Assembly: GCA_947624275.1 (NCBI GenBank)
Contig: CANQJR010000002.1
Coordinates: forward strand, 1-58,317
Reading direction: 5' to 3'
DNA from: an uncultured Bacilli bacterium
GTDB taxonomy: Bacteria; Bacillota_I; Bacilli_A; RF39; UBA660
Length of the DNA: 58,317 nucleotides
Position numbers and translations under genes: made by a program. Shown piece after piece: positions 49,118-58,317 of the stretch (the stretch's first letter is position 1; every line of letters begins with the position of its first letter). The notes beneath the pieces were generated by a model. It was not told the DNA's origin, did not search any database, and saw only the letters and a list, made by a program, of their open reading frames with translations.

Positions 49118-50122
49118 TTAATACAAATCGACACTCGATTGAGCATTGATATCAAGCGTTGCCGTTCTACCATTGATGTAATAATAATATCCTGCTGATG
49201 CAATCATTGCCGCATTATCAGTACAATACTTGATAGATGGAAAACTGTATTCGATATGATTTTCATCACATATTTGCGCTAGAGCACTTCTAATATCACT
49301 ATTAGCTGCGACACCACCAGCTGTGACAAAATATTTAATTTCCTTTTCACTGATAGCTTTTTCAACGCGTTTACAAAGAGTATCAACGACTACTTTCTGG
49401 AAAGAAGCCGCTAAGTCTTCTTTGTTCAATGAATGTCCTTTTTGTTCTTCATTGTGATTTAAATTTATGACAGCACTCTTCAAGCCACTGAAACTAAAAT
49501 TGTAAGAGTCATCATTTAAAGGTGATGGCAACTTATAATTAACTTTACCAATGTGTGCCAATTTATCAATTTGTGGACCACCGGGATAAGGTATTCCAAC
49601 CACCCTTGCGACCTTGTCATAACATTCACCAACGGCATCGTCCAATGTCCCACCAAGTTTTTCAAAATTTAAATGATCACGCATATAAACGAGTTCAGTA
49701 TGTCCGCCACTAATGACTAGCGATAATAGAGGAAAATGCATCTCTTTCACTAAATTATTAGCATAGATGTGACCAGCGATGTGATGAACTGGCACGAGCG
49801 GTTTATCATAGATGTATGCGAGTGTCTTAGCAGCCTCTAACCCGATCAACAATGACCCAATTAATCCAGGGCCATAAGTCACGGCTATCGCATCGATATC
49901 TGTCATTTTCATCTTGGCCTGTTCTAGGCATTCTTCAATGACCATAGTGATGTTTTTTACGTGTTGACGACTCGCTATTTCCGGAACGACACCACCATAA
50001 TTTTTATGTATATCGATTTGGGAAGAGATGACAGTTGCCAATTCTTCTCTACCATTTTTTACAATTGAACAACTCGTCTCATCACAACTGCTTTCGATTC
50101 CCAATATATAGATATCTTTCAT
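49118..50122 (-). CDS. tsaD: tRNA N6-adenosine threonylcarbamoyltransferase TsaD
   Basis: ILGIESSCDETS, HIAGH and the Kae1/TsaD layout. Confidence 0.95.
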   Translation of the reverse strand: MKDIYILGIESSCDETSCSIVKNGREELATVISSQIDIHKNYGGVVPEIASRQHVKNITMVIEECLEQAKMKMTDIDAIAVTYGPGLIGSLLIGLEAAKTLAYIYDKPLVPVHHIAGHIYANNLVKEMHFPLLSLVISGGHTELVYMRDHLNFEKLGGTLDDAVGECYDKVARVVGIPYPGGPQIDKLAHIGKVNYKLPSPLNDDSYNFSFSGLKSAVINLNHNEEQKGHSLNKEDLAASFQKVVVDTLCKRVEKAISEKEIKYFVTAGGVAANSDIRSALAQICDENHIEYSFPSIKYCTDNAAMIASAGYYYYINGRTATLDINAQSSVDLY

Positions 50123-50554
50123 TTACATCATCTCTTTTTCCATCAAAACCCCGTCTATTCCATTATAATAACTCTTTCTCACACTTTTTGCAACAAAACC
50201 GTATTTTTTATATAAACTGATGGCTCGATAATTATCAATGCGCACTTCTAGAGTGATATTTTGAATCTTTTTATTTTGACCCTCTTCAATGACCTTCTCC
50301 ATCAACTTAGAAGCAATCCCCTTACTTCGAAAGTCTTCCAATACGAATAGATTATTTATCTCATAGCGATCATATATGGCATTTATATGAATTAAACCAA
50401 CTATTTGTCCGTCTTCAATATCGATGTATACTTGCGTATAAGGATTAAATAAGAACTCTTTTTTTAATCCATCTTTTTGATCATACACCTCATTAAATAT
50501 GACTTGTAGTTGGTCTATCAATTTTTCATCACTATTATTAACTAATTGAACCAT
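50123..50554 (-). CDS. rimI: Ribosomal-protein-alanine N-acetyltransferase (GNAT)
   Basis: GNAT motif A (RSKGIASKLM). It sits in the position between tsaB and tsaD, as in Bacilli. Confidence 0.8.
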   Translation of the reverse strand: MVQLVNNSDEKLIDQLQVIFNEVYDQKDGLKKEFLFNPYTQVYIDIEDGQIVGLIHINAIYDRYEINNLFVLEDFRSKGIASKLMEKVIEEGQNKKIQNITLEVRIDNYRAISLYKKYGFVAKSVRKSYYNGIDGVLMEKEMM

Positions 50555-51176
50555 TTAACTTTTCCTCAGCTTCAGTAAGTTTGAGATAGTCAGCATCAAT
50601 GCTATGGGGATTCACGCATTCTTTATCTCTAAACTTAGAAACGATCATCAAAATATTGGGATCATACTTCTTCACATCACCATTCAAAACTATATCATCA
50701 TTTGTGATGTAGACGTAACAATCTGACATGTTTTCAACAGCTGTCTCTAAGACGCTCTTTTTGATATATTGATTTTTTAAAATAGGATTGTTTTCAAGAT
50801 CATATATCCCAGCATAAACATAGTCTCTTCTAGCATCGATCACAGGTACGTGATAATCATACTCATCGTCGATCAAAGCCATTGCTTCTAGACTAGAAAT
50901 AACTGTAATGGGAATGTTCAAAGTCCAAGCATAAACCTTGGCAATAGTTATACCAATACGACATCCCGTAAAGGAACCAGGACCATTGACCAATATTATT
51001 TTATCGATATCATTCGGTTTCAAATGTACGCTAGCCATCATCTCAGCAATGAAAGATAGTGCTTTAGTCGACAAATCTTTGCCCAAATATTCTTTCTTTT
51101 CCGCAAGCAATGAATCATCTCTTACAATGCCAGCATACAAGAAACTGGAAGTAGTGTCTAAATATAGATAGTTCAT
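50538..51176 (-). CDS. tsaB: tRNA threonylcarbamoyladenosine biosynthesis protein TsaB
   Basis: LYLDTTS...GPGSFTGCRIG motif. Confidence 0.9.
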   Translation of the reverse strand: MNYLYLDTTSSFLYAGIVRDDSLLAEKKEYLGKDLSTKALSFIAEMMASVHLKPNDIDKIILVNGPGSFTGCRIGITIAKVYAWTLNIPITVISSLEAMALIDDEYDYHVPVIDARRDYVYAGIYDLENNPILKNQYIKKSVLETAVENMSDCYVYITNDDIVLNGDVKKYDPNILMIVSKFRDKECVNPHSIDADYLKLTEAEEKLNGSIS

Positions 51177-51625
51177 AGGACAGCTCCACAAATTTCCTCA
51201 TATTTTTTACCATGAGGAATAAATTTTAAAACACGCGAATTTTCATCGATTACTTTAAATTTTATATCTAAGCGTTCAGCTGGTAAATACTCTTCAATGG
51301 TATCGGCCCATTCAATGATGACAACGCCACCTTTAGAAAAATATTCTTCTATTCCAATACCCTCAACATTGCCATCTAAGCGATAGACATCCATGTGGTA
51401 CAAAGGCATTTCACCATTCAAATATTCTTTAATAATATTGAACGTAGGAGAAGTAATATTTTCATCTATTCCTAATGCTTGGGCAAATCCCTTAGTAAAA
51501 ACTGTCTTGCCACTACCGAGATCGCCATCTAAGCATATGATCATATTGGGAAATTTTTCTGATTCAAAATTCTGAGCAATTTCAATTGTTTCCTTTTCAC
51601 TATAAGTTGTAATTTTTTCTATCAT
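51173..51625 (-). CDS. tsaE: tRNA threonylcarbamoyladenosine biosynthesis ATPase TsaE
   Basis: GDLGSGKT P-loop, SPTF.I and HMDVYRL motifs. Confidence 0.9.
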   Translation of the reverse strand: MIEKITTYSEKETIEIAQNFESEKFPNMIICLDGDLGSGKTVFTKGFAQALGIDENITSPTFNIIKEYLNGEMPLYHMDVYRLDGNVEGIGIEEYFSKGGVVIIEWADTIEEYLPAERLDIKFKVIDENSRVLKFIPHGKKYEEICGAVL

Positions 51626-51721
51626 AATATCACCAATTTCATTATAGCAAATTAAAAAAGTTAAAAACAACAATCTTATCTAAACTTTACATATAAAAAG
51701 AATAACTTAACAGCAACACAC

Positions 51722-51744
51722 AAAAAAAGCCCGAATATTCGAGC
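51722..51744 (-). terminator. Terminator after rpsI
   Basis: GCTCGAA ta TTCGGGC followed by T7 on the minus strand. Confidence 0.7.
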
Positions 51745-51763
51745 TTTTCCAACAAAATATTTT

Positions 51764-52183
51764 CTATCTCTTACTGAATTGTGGAGCACGTCTTGCTTTC
51801 TTCAATCCTGGTTTCTTACGTTCTTTGATTCGTGCATCTCTCGTGATGAATCCTTCTGGCTTCAACAATTTTCTAAAACTGTTTTCACTATCGGCATCAG
51901 TTATTGAATCATAATCTAGTAATGCTTTAGTAATTCCTAAACGAATTGCACCAGTCTGACCTGAAAAACCTCCACCTTTAACTTCAACTACAACATCAAA
52001 GATTTCTCTCGTCTTTGTAATATCTAATGGTTGAGTCAAATCCATAACTAAAGTTTCATAAGGTAAATATTCATTAACATCTTTACCATTAACAGTAATC
52101 TTACCTGTACCTGGTATCAATTTAACTTTAGCAACACTAGTTTTTCTCTTACCAGTTCCATAATAAATCTTTTTATTAGCCAT
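51764..52183 (-). CDS. rpsI: 30S ribosomal protein S9
   Basis: YYGTGKRK...C-terminal [17 protein letters not shown]. Confidence 0.97.
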   Translation of the reverse strand: MANKKIYYGTGKRKTSVAKVKLIPGTGKITVNGKDVNEYLPYETLVMDLTQPLDITKTREIFDVVVEVKGGGFSGQTGAIRLGITKALLDYDSITDADSENSFRKLLKPEGFITRDARIKERKKPGLKKARRAPQFSKR

Positions 52184-52196
52184 ATCTATTTACCTC

Positions 52197-52628
52197 CTAC
52201 TTCAATTCCATAGCCACAGGTTTCTGTGCCATATGTGGATGTTCACTACCAGCATATACAAATAATTTTTTGTACATCTGTCTACCTAGTCTATTGTGAG
52301 GTAACATCCCTTTAACAGCTCTTTCAACCATCTCTGTTGGATATTTTTCTTTCATAACTTTAGCATTTCTAGCTCTCAATCCACCTGGATACATAGAGTG
52401 ATTATAATACATCTTTTCTTCTAACTTATTACCAGTCAAAACAGCTTTTTCAGCATTGATGATTATTACATAATCACCACAATCGATATGTGGAGTATAA
52501 GTTGGTTTATGTTTTCCACGCAATACATGGGCTGCTTTAGCAGCAATTCTACCTAAAACTTGCCCCTCTGCATCTATGACATACCATTTACGCTCTACAG
52601 TTTCTTTCTTTTGCATATAACTATTCAT
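52197..52628 (-). CDS. rplM: 50S ribosomal protein L13
   Basis: [16 protein letters not shown]...A..LRGKHKP. Confidence 0.97.
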   Translation of the reverse strand: MNSYMQKKETVERKWYVIDAEGQVLGRIAAKAAHVLRGKHKPTYTPHIDCGDYVIIINAEKAVLTGNKLEEKMYYNHSMYPGGLRARNAKVMKEKYPTEMVERAVKGMLPHNRLGRQMYKKLFVYAGSEHPHMAQKPVAMELK

Positions 52629-52649
52629 ATTTATTCTCCTTTTTTACTA

Positions 52650-52678
52650 ACTTTGATTTGCCGGATCTAAATCAAAGT
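52650..52678 (-). promoter_or_regulatory. 5' UTR hairpin of rplM (candidate L13-type leader)
   Basis: 10-bp stem ACTTTGATTT/AAATCAAAGT with a 9-nt loop, ending about 21 nt before the ATG and next to the AAGGAG RBS. Confidence 0.3.
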
Positions 52679-52708
52679 AATGTGGGGATAATTAATGTAC
52701 CAATTGAG

Positions 52709-52737
52709 ATTATACTAAAAAGGTCCTTAAAAGTCAA
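52709..52737 (-). promoter_or_regulatory. Sigma-A promoter of rplM-rpsI
   Basis: TTGACT, a 17-nt spacer, then TATAAT on the minus strand. Confidence 0.65.
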
Positions 52738-52762
52738 TGATTTTCCACGCTTTTAACAAGAT

Positions 52763-53983
52763 TTACCAAGCAAAATTGCCATTTTCAAAAACGATTACTT
52801 CTTCACCAGACGAAGTAGTACCCACAATTTTTAAATCGGCTGTCCCAATCATGAAGTCAGTATGTTCATCAGATTGGTTAACTCCGACATCTAAAAGTTG
52901 TTCACTAGTCATATTGATGCCGTTCTCATAACAAGAAGGGAACCCATTTCCAAGAGCTAAATGACAAGCTGCATTTTCATCAAATAGCGTATTGTAAAAA
53001 AGGATTTTGGAATTAGAAATGGGTGAGTCATATTCTACTAGGGCTACTTCTCCCAACTTACACGAACCCTGATCTAAGCCAATGATGCCGGCTAAGACAT
53101 CTCTACCGACTTTAGCATCAAAAGATACCGCTTTACCCTTTTCAAATTTGATCCAGAATCCATCGATTAGACTACCACTATAAATTAGAGGTTTGGAAGC
53201 ATAAACTATTCCTTCCGTCTCATTCATCATCGGACTAGTAAAAATTTCTTCAGTTGGGATGTTGACCAATAGAGGTCGACCATTTGGCATTTTTTCATCA
53301 GCACCACACCAAATGTGTCCATCACCCAATTTGACGATTAAATCCGTTCCCAAACTGTTCGTGTAATGTAACTGTTTTAGATGGAGATCATTCAACTTTT
53401 TGACATTATTCTTACTTCGAGCTATTTTTTGATCCCATTCTCGTAACGGATCATCACAATTGATCAAACATGCCTTAAAAATTTCTTCCCATAAGCGCTC
53501 TTTGGCCTTTTCAACACCTGGAAAGACCTTTCTAGCTGATACTTCAGTCGATACCATCGCAATGCACCATGGAACTTCGTACTTGCTCTGTTTTTCTTTG
53601 TAAATGGGGCGAGTCGTCCTACTGATATAACTGCTCTTTGAAATCATTTGGGGATCGACTCCTTCAAAAATTTCACTCTCCTCAGCACTCAACATCAAGA
53701 ATGCCCCATTCTTTTTAGCATATTCGTCATACACTTTTTTATTCCAAAATGGACTATTTTCTAATTCTTTTTCATCATAATTACTCAATTGATATAGTTT
53801 TAAATAACTATCTGACCAATCAAAATAAATATCGTGTACCCCATACTCATTAGCGGTTTTAGCCAATACTCTGACGAAATCGATACACTCAATAGGACTG
53901 GTGATGACAAGTGGTTGGTTCTTTTCAATATTTAACCCCTTAAACAACAATAATTCAGCATATTTTTCAAAGTTACTTTTCAT
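52763..53983 (-). CDS. M29-family aminopeptidase (AmpS/PepS type)
   Basis: N-terminal FEKYAELLL.KGLNI.K.QPLVI and the C-terminal HLALG...H.DF motifs of the thermophilic metalloprotease family. Confidence 0.85.
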   Translation of the reverse strand: MKSNFEKYAELLLFKGLNIEKNQPLVITSPIECIDFVRVLAKTANEYGVHDIYFDWSDSYLKLYQLSNYDEKELENSPFWNKKVYDEYAKKNGAFLMLSAEESEIFEGVDPQMISKSSYISRTTRPIYKEKQSKYEVPWCIAMVSTEVSARKVFPGVEKAKERLWEEIFKACLINCDDPLREWDQKIARSKNNVKKLNDLHLKQLHYTNSLGTDLIVKLGDGHIWCGADEKMPNGRPLLVNIPTEEIFTSPMMNETEGIVYASKPLIYSGSLIDGFWIKFEKGKAVSFDAKVGRDVLAGIIGLDQGSCKLGEVALVEYDSPISNSKILFYNTLFDENAACHLALGNGFPSCYENGINMTSEQLLDVGVNQSDEHTDFMIGTADLKIVGTTSSGEEVIVFENGNFAW

Positions 53984-54043
53984 AAATCCTCCCATATATA
54001 AATTAATCTTAACACTAATTCAATATTTATTCAAAAAAAGAAG

Positions 54044-54775
54044 TTAATATGTAACTTCTTCTAAATATAGACCTTCGCTTTTAGCCGTCATGACCATTTT
54101 TTCGTTAGTGGGATCAGCAAATATTTTTTTTATGGCATCGACGTCCAATTTCCCCTTGCCAATCTTGATCAATGTACCGACCATGTTGCGAACTTGATAT
54201 TTCATAAAACCATTACCGACGAAAGTGAACTTTATTATGTCGTCACTCTTGTCCAAATAGGCCTCATATATTTCTCTTTCATAACTGTCTTTGACACAAT
54301 CATTGGAAACGAAAGAAATGAAATCGTGGACACCGATATAATCTTTAATAGCCTTGGCCATCTCATCATAGTCGAGGCTATGATTATACTGATACACATA
54401 ATTGCGTTGTAACGGATCGTATTCACCAACATTTAAATAATAGACATACTTCTTATTCTTCACCATGTAGCGAGCGTGAAAATCATCGTTGACCGCTTCA
54501 GCTTCGTTGACGTGAATATCAGGTGGTAAAAGACTGTTCAAAGCACACTTTAACTTGTATGGAGTAATGTCGACCTTTAAATCGAAGTGCGCTACTTGTC
54601 CTTTGGCATGAACTCCTCTATCTGTTCGTCCCGAAGAACATATCTTAGTATCGAGATGATCATTTATATCAAACAAAGCCTTTTCAAAGCACCCTTCAAC
54701 TGTACGATAATTCTTCTGTTTTTGATAGCCATAAAAATTGGTTCCATCATAAGAAAATGTAATTTTATACCTCAT
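54044..54775 (-). CDS. truA: tRNA pseudouridine(38-40) synthase
   Basis: YDGT.F.GYQ.Q, plus GRTD.GVHA with the catalytic Asp. Confidence 0.95.
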   Translation of the reverse strand: MRYKITFSYDGTNFYGYQKQKNYRTVEGCFEKALFDINDHLDTKICSSGRTDRGVHAKGQVAHFDLKVDITPYKLKCALNSLLPPDIHVNEAEAVNDDFHARYMVKNKKYVYYLNVGEYDPLQRNYVYQYNHSLDYDEMAKAIKDYIGVHDFISFVSNDCVKDSYEREIYEAYLDKSDDIIKFTFVGNGFMKYQVRNMVGTLIKIGKGKLDVDAIKKIFADPTNEKMVMTAKSEGLYLEEVTY

Positions 54776-54777
54776 AT

Positions 54778-55407
54778 CTATCTACCTAACACTAAAACGA
54801 TGATGAAGAGAATGAGACTTATGAACATATAAAAATTATCATAGTTATTCCAAGAAAAGGCCAAATGACTCTTCTTATGACTATAAAAGCGATCAAAACG
54901 AATGCGATCTATCAAATACATATCCTCAATCAAGGCATCAGCTTTCTTCTCAGCTTGCATAGTCAAATATTTGTTATACTTTTCAGGTTGATCCAAATAC
55001 TTGATTATTTTTTGATTGTCTTCAATATTCTTATTGACCAAATCTTTGTAGTAATACTTTTTGACATAACTTTTCAATTTATTATTGCTGTTGCTGCGAT
55101 AAAATAGTTTATCATATAGATATCTTTTTTCTATGGACAAAAGACTTGACTCAATTATTAAAGCATAGATAATTACCAATACTACTCGCAAGATCAAAAA
55201 CGTGATGTCATTATAATTAACCCAAAAAGTTACTAAGAAGAGCAATAATGATAGAAAGAAATATTTTTTTTCACGATTGATGAAACTGACGATGAAAATC
55301 ATGCCACATAAGAGTAAGAATATATTATAATTTTTTATTATTACCATTGCGATGACCATTAAAACCAAACTTACCAATTTACCAAAAAAACTACAACTCT
55401 TATACAT
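54778..55407 (-). CDS. Short divergent membrane protein in the EcfT position
   Basis: 209 aa. Four N-terminal TMs, a charged helical region (..LIDRIRFDRF..) and one C-terminal TM. It overlaps the upstream ATPase-like gene by 8 nt. The link to EcfT rests on position and weak resemblance only. Confidence 0.45.
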   Translation of the reverse strand: MYKSCSFFGKLVSLVLMVIAMVIIKNYNIFLLLCGMIFIVSFINREKKYFFLSLLLFLVTFWVNYNDITFLILRVVLVIIYALIIESSLLSIEKRYLYDKLFYRSNSNNKLKSYVKKYYYKDLVNKNIEDNQKIIKYLDQPEKYNKYLTMQAEKKADALIEDMYLIDRIRFDRFYSHKKSHLAFSWNNYDNFYMFISLILFIIVLVLGR

Positions 55408-56191
55408 GTTTATATATATCCTTTATTATATCTCTGACATCTTTATGAAAAGACAATTTTATCTTTTTATCATTTCTGGCAAAATAAGTTACTTGGGTCA
55501 TACTTGGCATATTTATCACATTCTCTCTCATCAATTCTATTGAAGTAAACAGTTTATCACTGGCACCACTTTTATATTCTTTAGATCCATCCAATAAGAG
55601 TACTTCATCAGTTATTTCATATAAAGTATTGACGTCATTAGTCGATACGATGACAATCTTTTTATCCTCTTTTAAGTTGTTCAATAAAACGATCAGTTTC
55701 TTTTTAGCGTTGTGATCTAGGGAAACAAAAATATCTTTAAACATTATGATTTCAGGATCATACATCAAATTAATGGCGATTGATAATAGATATTTTTCAC
55801 TTGAAGAAAGGGAAGCAATATCGCGATCCAAAATGGTTAAATCCAATCCGACAGCTTGTAAAAAGCGTTCCTCTTTGGCAACTAAGTCATCACAAAAGTA
55901 CTTGCGGACGTCCAAGACGAACTTAAATTCATCAGATACCTTAGTAGTAAAAAAAGAGGGAAAAGAATCGATTAAAGCAATAGAAGATGGATTGTTTTTG
56001 AAAAAATCAGAATCGACATTTGTCTTTTCAAAATCGATATAACCGTCATAATCACTGATATCACCATTGATGACATCCAGTAAATATTTGCTGTTATTAC
56101 CATAGATTCCCGTTATGCGACGGCGTGAAAAGCGATAACTGATATCATCCAACCAATTTTTATATTTAATATTACTAACTGTTAATCCCAT
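55400..56191 (-). CDS. EcfA2-position ABC ATPase-like protein with degenerate motifs
   Basis: The Walker A position reads GIYGNNSKY, the signature LSSSE, Walker B IIMFKDI, and the H-loop position STND. Confidence 0.7.
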   Translation of the reverse strand: MGLTVSNIKYKNWLDDISYRFSRRRITGIYGNNSKYLLDVINGDISDYDGYIDFEKTNVDSDFFKNNPSSIALIDSFPSFFTTKVSDEFKFVLDVRKYFCDDLVAKEERFLQAVGLDLTILDRDIASLSSSEKYLLSIAINLMYDPEIIMFKDIFVSLDHNAKKKLIVLLNNLKEDKKIVIVSTNDVNTLYEITDEVLLLDGSKEYKSGASDKLFTSIELMRENVINMPSMTQVTYFARNDKKIKLSFHKDVRDIIKDIYKHV

Positions 56192-56988
56192 AATTCATCA
56201 ACCATTTCTTTTTCATCTAATATTACTTTATCTAACAAATTATAAAATTTTAACTTGACGGACATATCCATCATAATGGGTATTTCGATACCCAATCTAG
56301 TCAAAGTGTTATCATGTTCCAAAATTTCATCTAAACGTCCGCTATAGACGACGCTTCCCTCATGAAGAACCAATATTGAGTCACTGTAAATAGTATCTTG
56401 AAGACTGGAAGTTGCAGCAATGACGATGATGCCCAACTCCCTTATAATTCTCTTCAAAATTAGGAGTATGTGTTCTCTATCTTCATCATTTAAACCCAAT
56501 AATACGTCATCTAACAACAGAACTTTCGGTTTATGAATGAGAGAGGTCGCAAGTAAGACCTTCAATCTGTCCAAAGGATTTAATTGCCATATCTCTCGAT
56601 TGAGGATATCGTCTAAAAAGAGATATCCATTTATTTCATCAAGGGCCTGTTTTATCTCTTTTTTACTATAATTCAAATTACAGAGTGGAAATGTTATTTC
56701 ATCAATTACTTTATCGAACAAAAATTGGCATATGTCGCGATTGAAAACGACACCTATTTCACGAGCATATTTCTTAATATTTTTTTTATTCAAAACTACA
56801 TCATCAATACTGACACATTCTTCAATAGACATAACACCTGATAAACATTTGATAAATGTTGTTTTGCCACAATTATTAGAACCTATTACTGAAATCAAAG
56901 AAGGTTTTTTTATTTTTAACGTAATATCTTTTAAAACTTCTTTATCGCCATATGAAAAATTTAATTGATTTATAAAAATAGTACTCAT
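56182..56988 (-). CDS. EcfA1-position ABC ATPase-like protein with degenerate motifs
   Basis: Walker A is intact (GSNNCGKTT). The signature is replaced by LNPLD, Walker B reads LLLDDV (no Glu), and the H-loop position reads ATSS. Confidence 0.7.
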   Translation of the reverse strand: MSTIFINQLNFSYGDKEVLKDITLKIKKPSLISVIGSNNCGKTTFIKCLSGVMSIEECVSIDDVVLNKKNIKKYAREIGVVFNRDICQFLFDKVIDEITFPLCNLNYSKKEIKQALDEINGYLFLDDILNREIWQLNPLDRLKVLLATSLIHKPKVLLLDDVLLGLNDEDREHILLILKRIIRELGIIVIAATSSLQDTIYSDSILVLHEGSVVYSGRLDEILEHDNTLTRLGIEIPIMMDMSVKLKFYNLLDKVILDEKEMVDELWD

Positions 56989-57020
56989 TTGACCACCCTC
57001 TACAAGAAAAAAGAAAATGA

Positions 57021-57788
57021 TTAACTTTCTCTTTTTTTCTCAATTTTTTTTCTTTGTATTCTATATGTAATTTTAGCTAAAGTCTTAGTCGATAAAAACC
57101 TCGTGAAGAAAACTGATACTTTCATTTTTAGACCAGGAATGATAATTAACTTCTTCTTGAACATCTTCTTGATGGCATATTGACTGACGTATTTACTGGA
57201 TAGAGGTTTAATAGAAAATTTGACGCCAGCAACTTCATTAAAATTGGTATCGACAGGACCAGGACACAAGCAAGATACAACAACTTTCGACTTATCTCTT
57301 CGCAACTCTTCATATATTGATGTCGTAAGGCGCAAAACATAAGCTTTAGTAGCATAATAAGTTGCCATTAAAGGACCAGGTTCAAAAGCTGCAGATGAGG
57401 CCACATTTAAAATATAACCACTATTTCTCTTTTTCATATCCTTTAAAAATAACTTAGTCAAGATGTGAACAGCTTTAATATTCGTATTTATCATTTCAAT
57501 TTCATTGTTTAGATCGATTGTATCAAAAGAACCGCATTTGCCAAAACCCGCATTGTTTATGAGAACGTCGATGTTTTCATTCTTGCACAAGACATAGACC
57601 TCTTTGAGTTTGCTTTCAATTGATAAATCAGCAACTATTATTTTGACGTTAGTAGAAATATCTTTTTGCATTTCTTGAAGTTTTTCTTTATTGCGAGCAA
57701 CCAATATCAAATCATAACCCAAACTGCTCAAATAATAGGCCATATCTTTGCCAATACCAGATGATGCACCGGTGATCAATGCTTTCAT
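57021..57788 (-). CDS. SDR-family oxidoreductase
   Basis: MKALITGASSGIGK, NNAG and Y..TK motifs. GGAGA RBS before ATG 57788. Confidence 0.85.
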   Translation of the reverse strand: MKALITGASSGIGKDMAYYLSSLGYDLILVARNKEKLQEMQKDISTNVKIIVADLSIESKLKEVYVLCKNENIDVLINNAGFGKCGSFDTIDLNNEIEMINTNIKAVHILTKLFLKDMKKRNSGYILNVASSAAFEPGPLMATYYATKAYVLRLTTSIYEELRRDKSKVVVSCLCPGPVDTNFNEVAGVKFSIKPLSSKYVSQYAIKKMFKKKLIIIPGLKMKVSVFFTRFLSTKTLAKITYRIQRKKIEKKRES

Positions 57789-57922
57789 ACAATCATCTCC
57801 AAACCAATTATAACATGAAAACAATCATCCATCTATTAAAAGTAAATAATAAAAGATGCAAAATATTACATTTAATTTATATTTTAAAAAAATATCATGG
57901 AGAAATCAATACTTTTTTACAT

Positions 57923-57955
57923 AAAAAAAATCCACAAACGATGTGGAAAAAATAA
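57923..57955 (-). terminator. rRNA operon terminator
   Basis: TCCACA aacga TGTGGA hairpin flanked by A- and T-runs, just downstream of the 5S gene. Confidence 0.6.
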
Positions 57956-57968
57956 CAAAAAAAAATTA

Positions 57969-58070
57969 TTGGCAATGACCTATTTTCGCATACACTATCG
58001 TCGGCACTTGAGAGCTTAACTTCTGTGTTCGGGATGGGAACAGGTGTACCCTCTCAGTCATAATCACCAA
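57969..58070 (-). rRNA. rrf: 5S ribosomal RNA (short, about 102 nt)
   Basis: The reverse complement reads UUGGUGAUUAUGAC...CCUGUUCCCAUCCCGAACACAGAAGUUAAGCUC...GGUCAUUGCCAA, with terminal helix pairing. Confidence 0.9.
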
Positions 58071-58138
58071 TAAAATAGAGAGAAAATAATTCTCTGAAAA
58101 CTAAGATAATGTGTCGATCCAATCAAATTAACAATTAT

Positions 58139-58317
<179 letters not shown>

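Overview
AT-rich Bacillota (Firmicutes) chromosomal segment, possibly Erysipelotrichia- or Mollicutes-related. TGA is used as a stop codon, so the code is standard. Most genes lie on the minus strand.

Housekeeping backbone:
- Two FemAB genes, a MurJ-like flippase, phosphoketolase and a MacB-type ABC fusion.
- A CDP-alcohol phosphatidyltransferase and a Leu T-box leader followed by a small membrane ORF and leuS.
- A GH31 glycosidase, a patatin lipase and a fused YtqA/YtqB (MnmL-MnmM type) protein.
- ligA, a nucleotidyltransferase, pcrA, helD, rnr and tsaE-tsaB-rimI-tsaD.
- rplM-rpsI, an M29 aminopeptidase, truA, an ECF-like module, an SDR, and the 5S plus 23S 3' end of an rRNA operon.

Observations worth follow-up:
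1. A three-gene NitT/TauT-type ABC importer operon (30161-41131) is broken twice. A 5.3 kb and a 3.1 kb serine-recombinase island sit inside the binding-protein gene and the ATPase gene. Both junctions can be placed to the nucleotide. The smaller island gives a symmetric reconstructed attP around a TGAA core.
2. Directly upstream and divergent lies a self-contained, translationally coupled five-gene operon of unknown function (25143-30042). It encodes acidic helical proteins (one with a possible RelE/Gp49-like C-terminal domain), a small HTH protein, a protein with exact 32-residue repeats and a two-TM membrane protein.
3. A G10 tract sits inside the spacer of an otherwise near-consensus promoter in front of a sortase-substrate beta-helix surface protein, next to a thioester-domain adhesin and its sortase.
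4. In the ECF energizing module at the conserved truA-linked position, both ATPase subunits have lost core catalytic motifs.

No CRISPR array, tRNA gene or transposase was seen.
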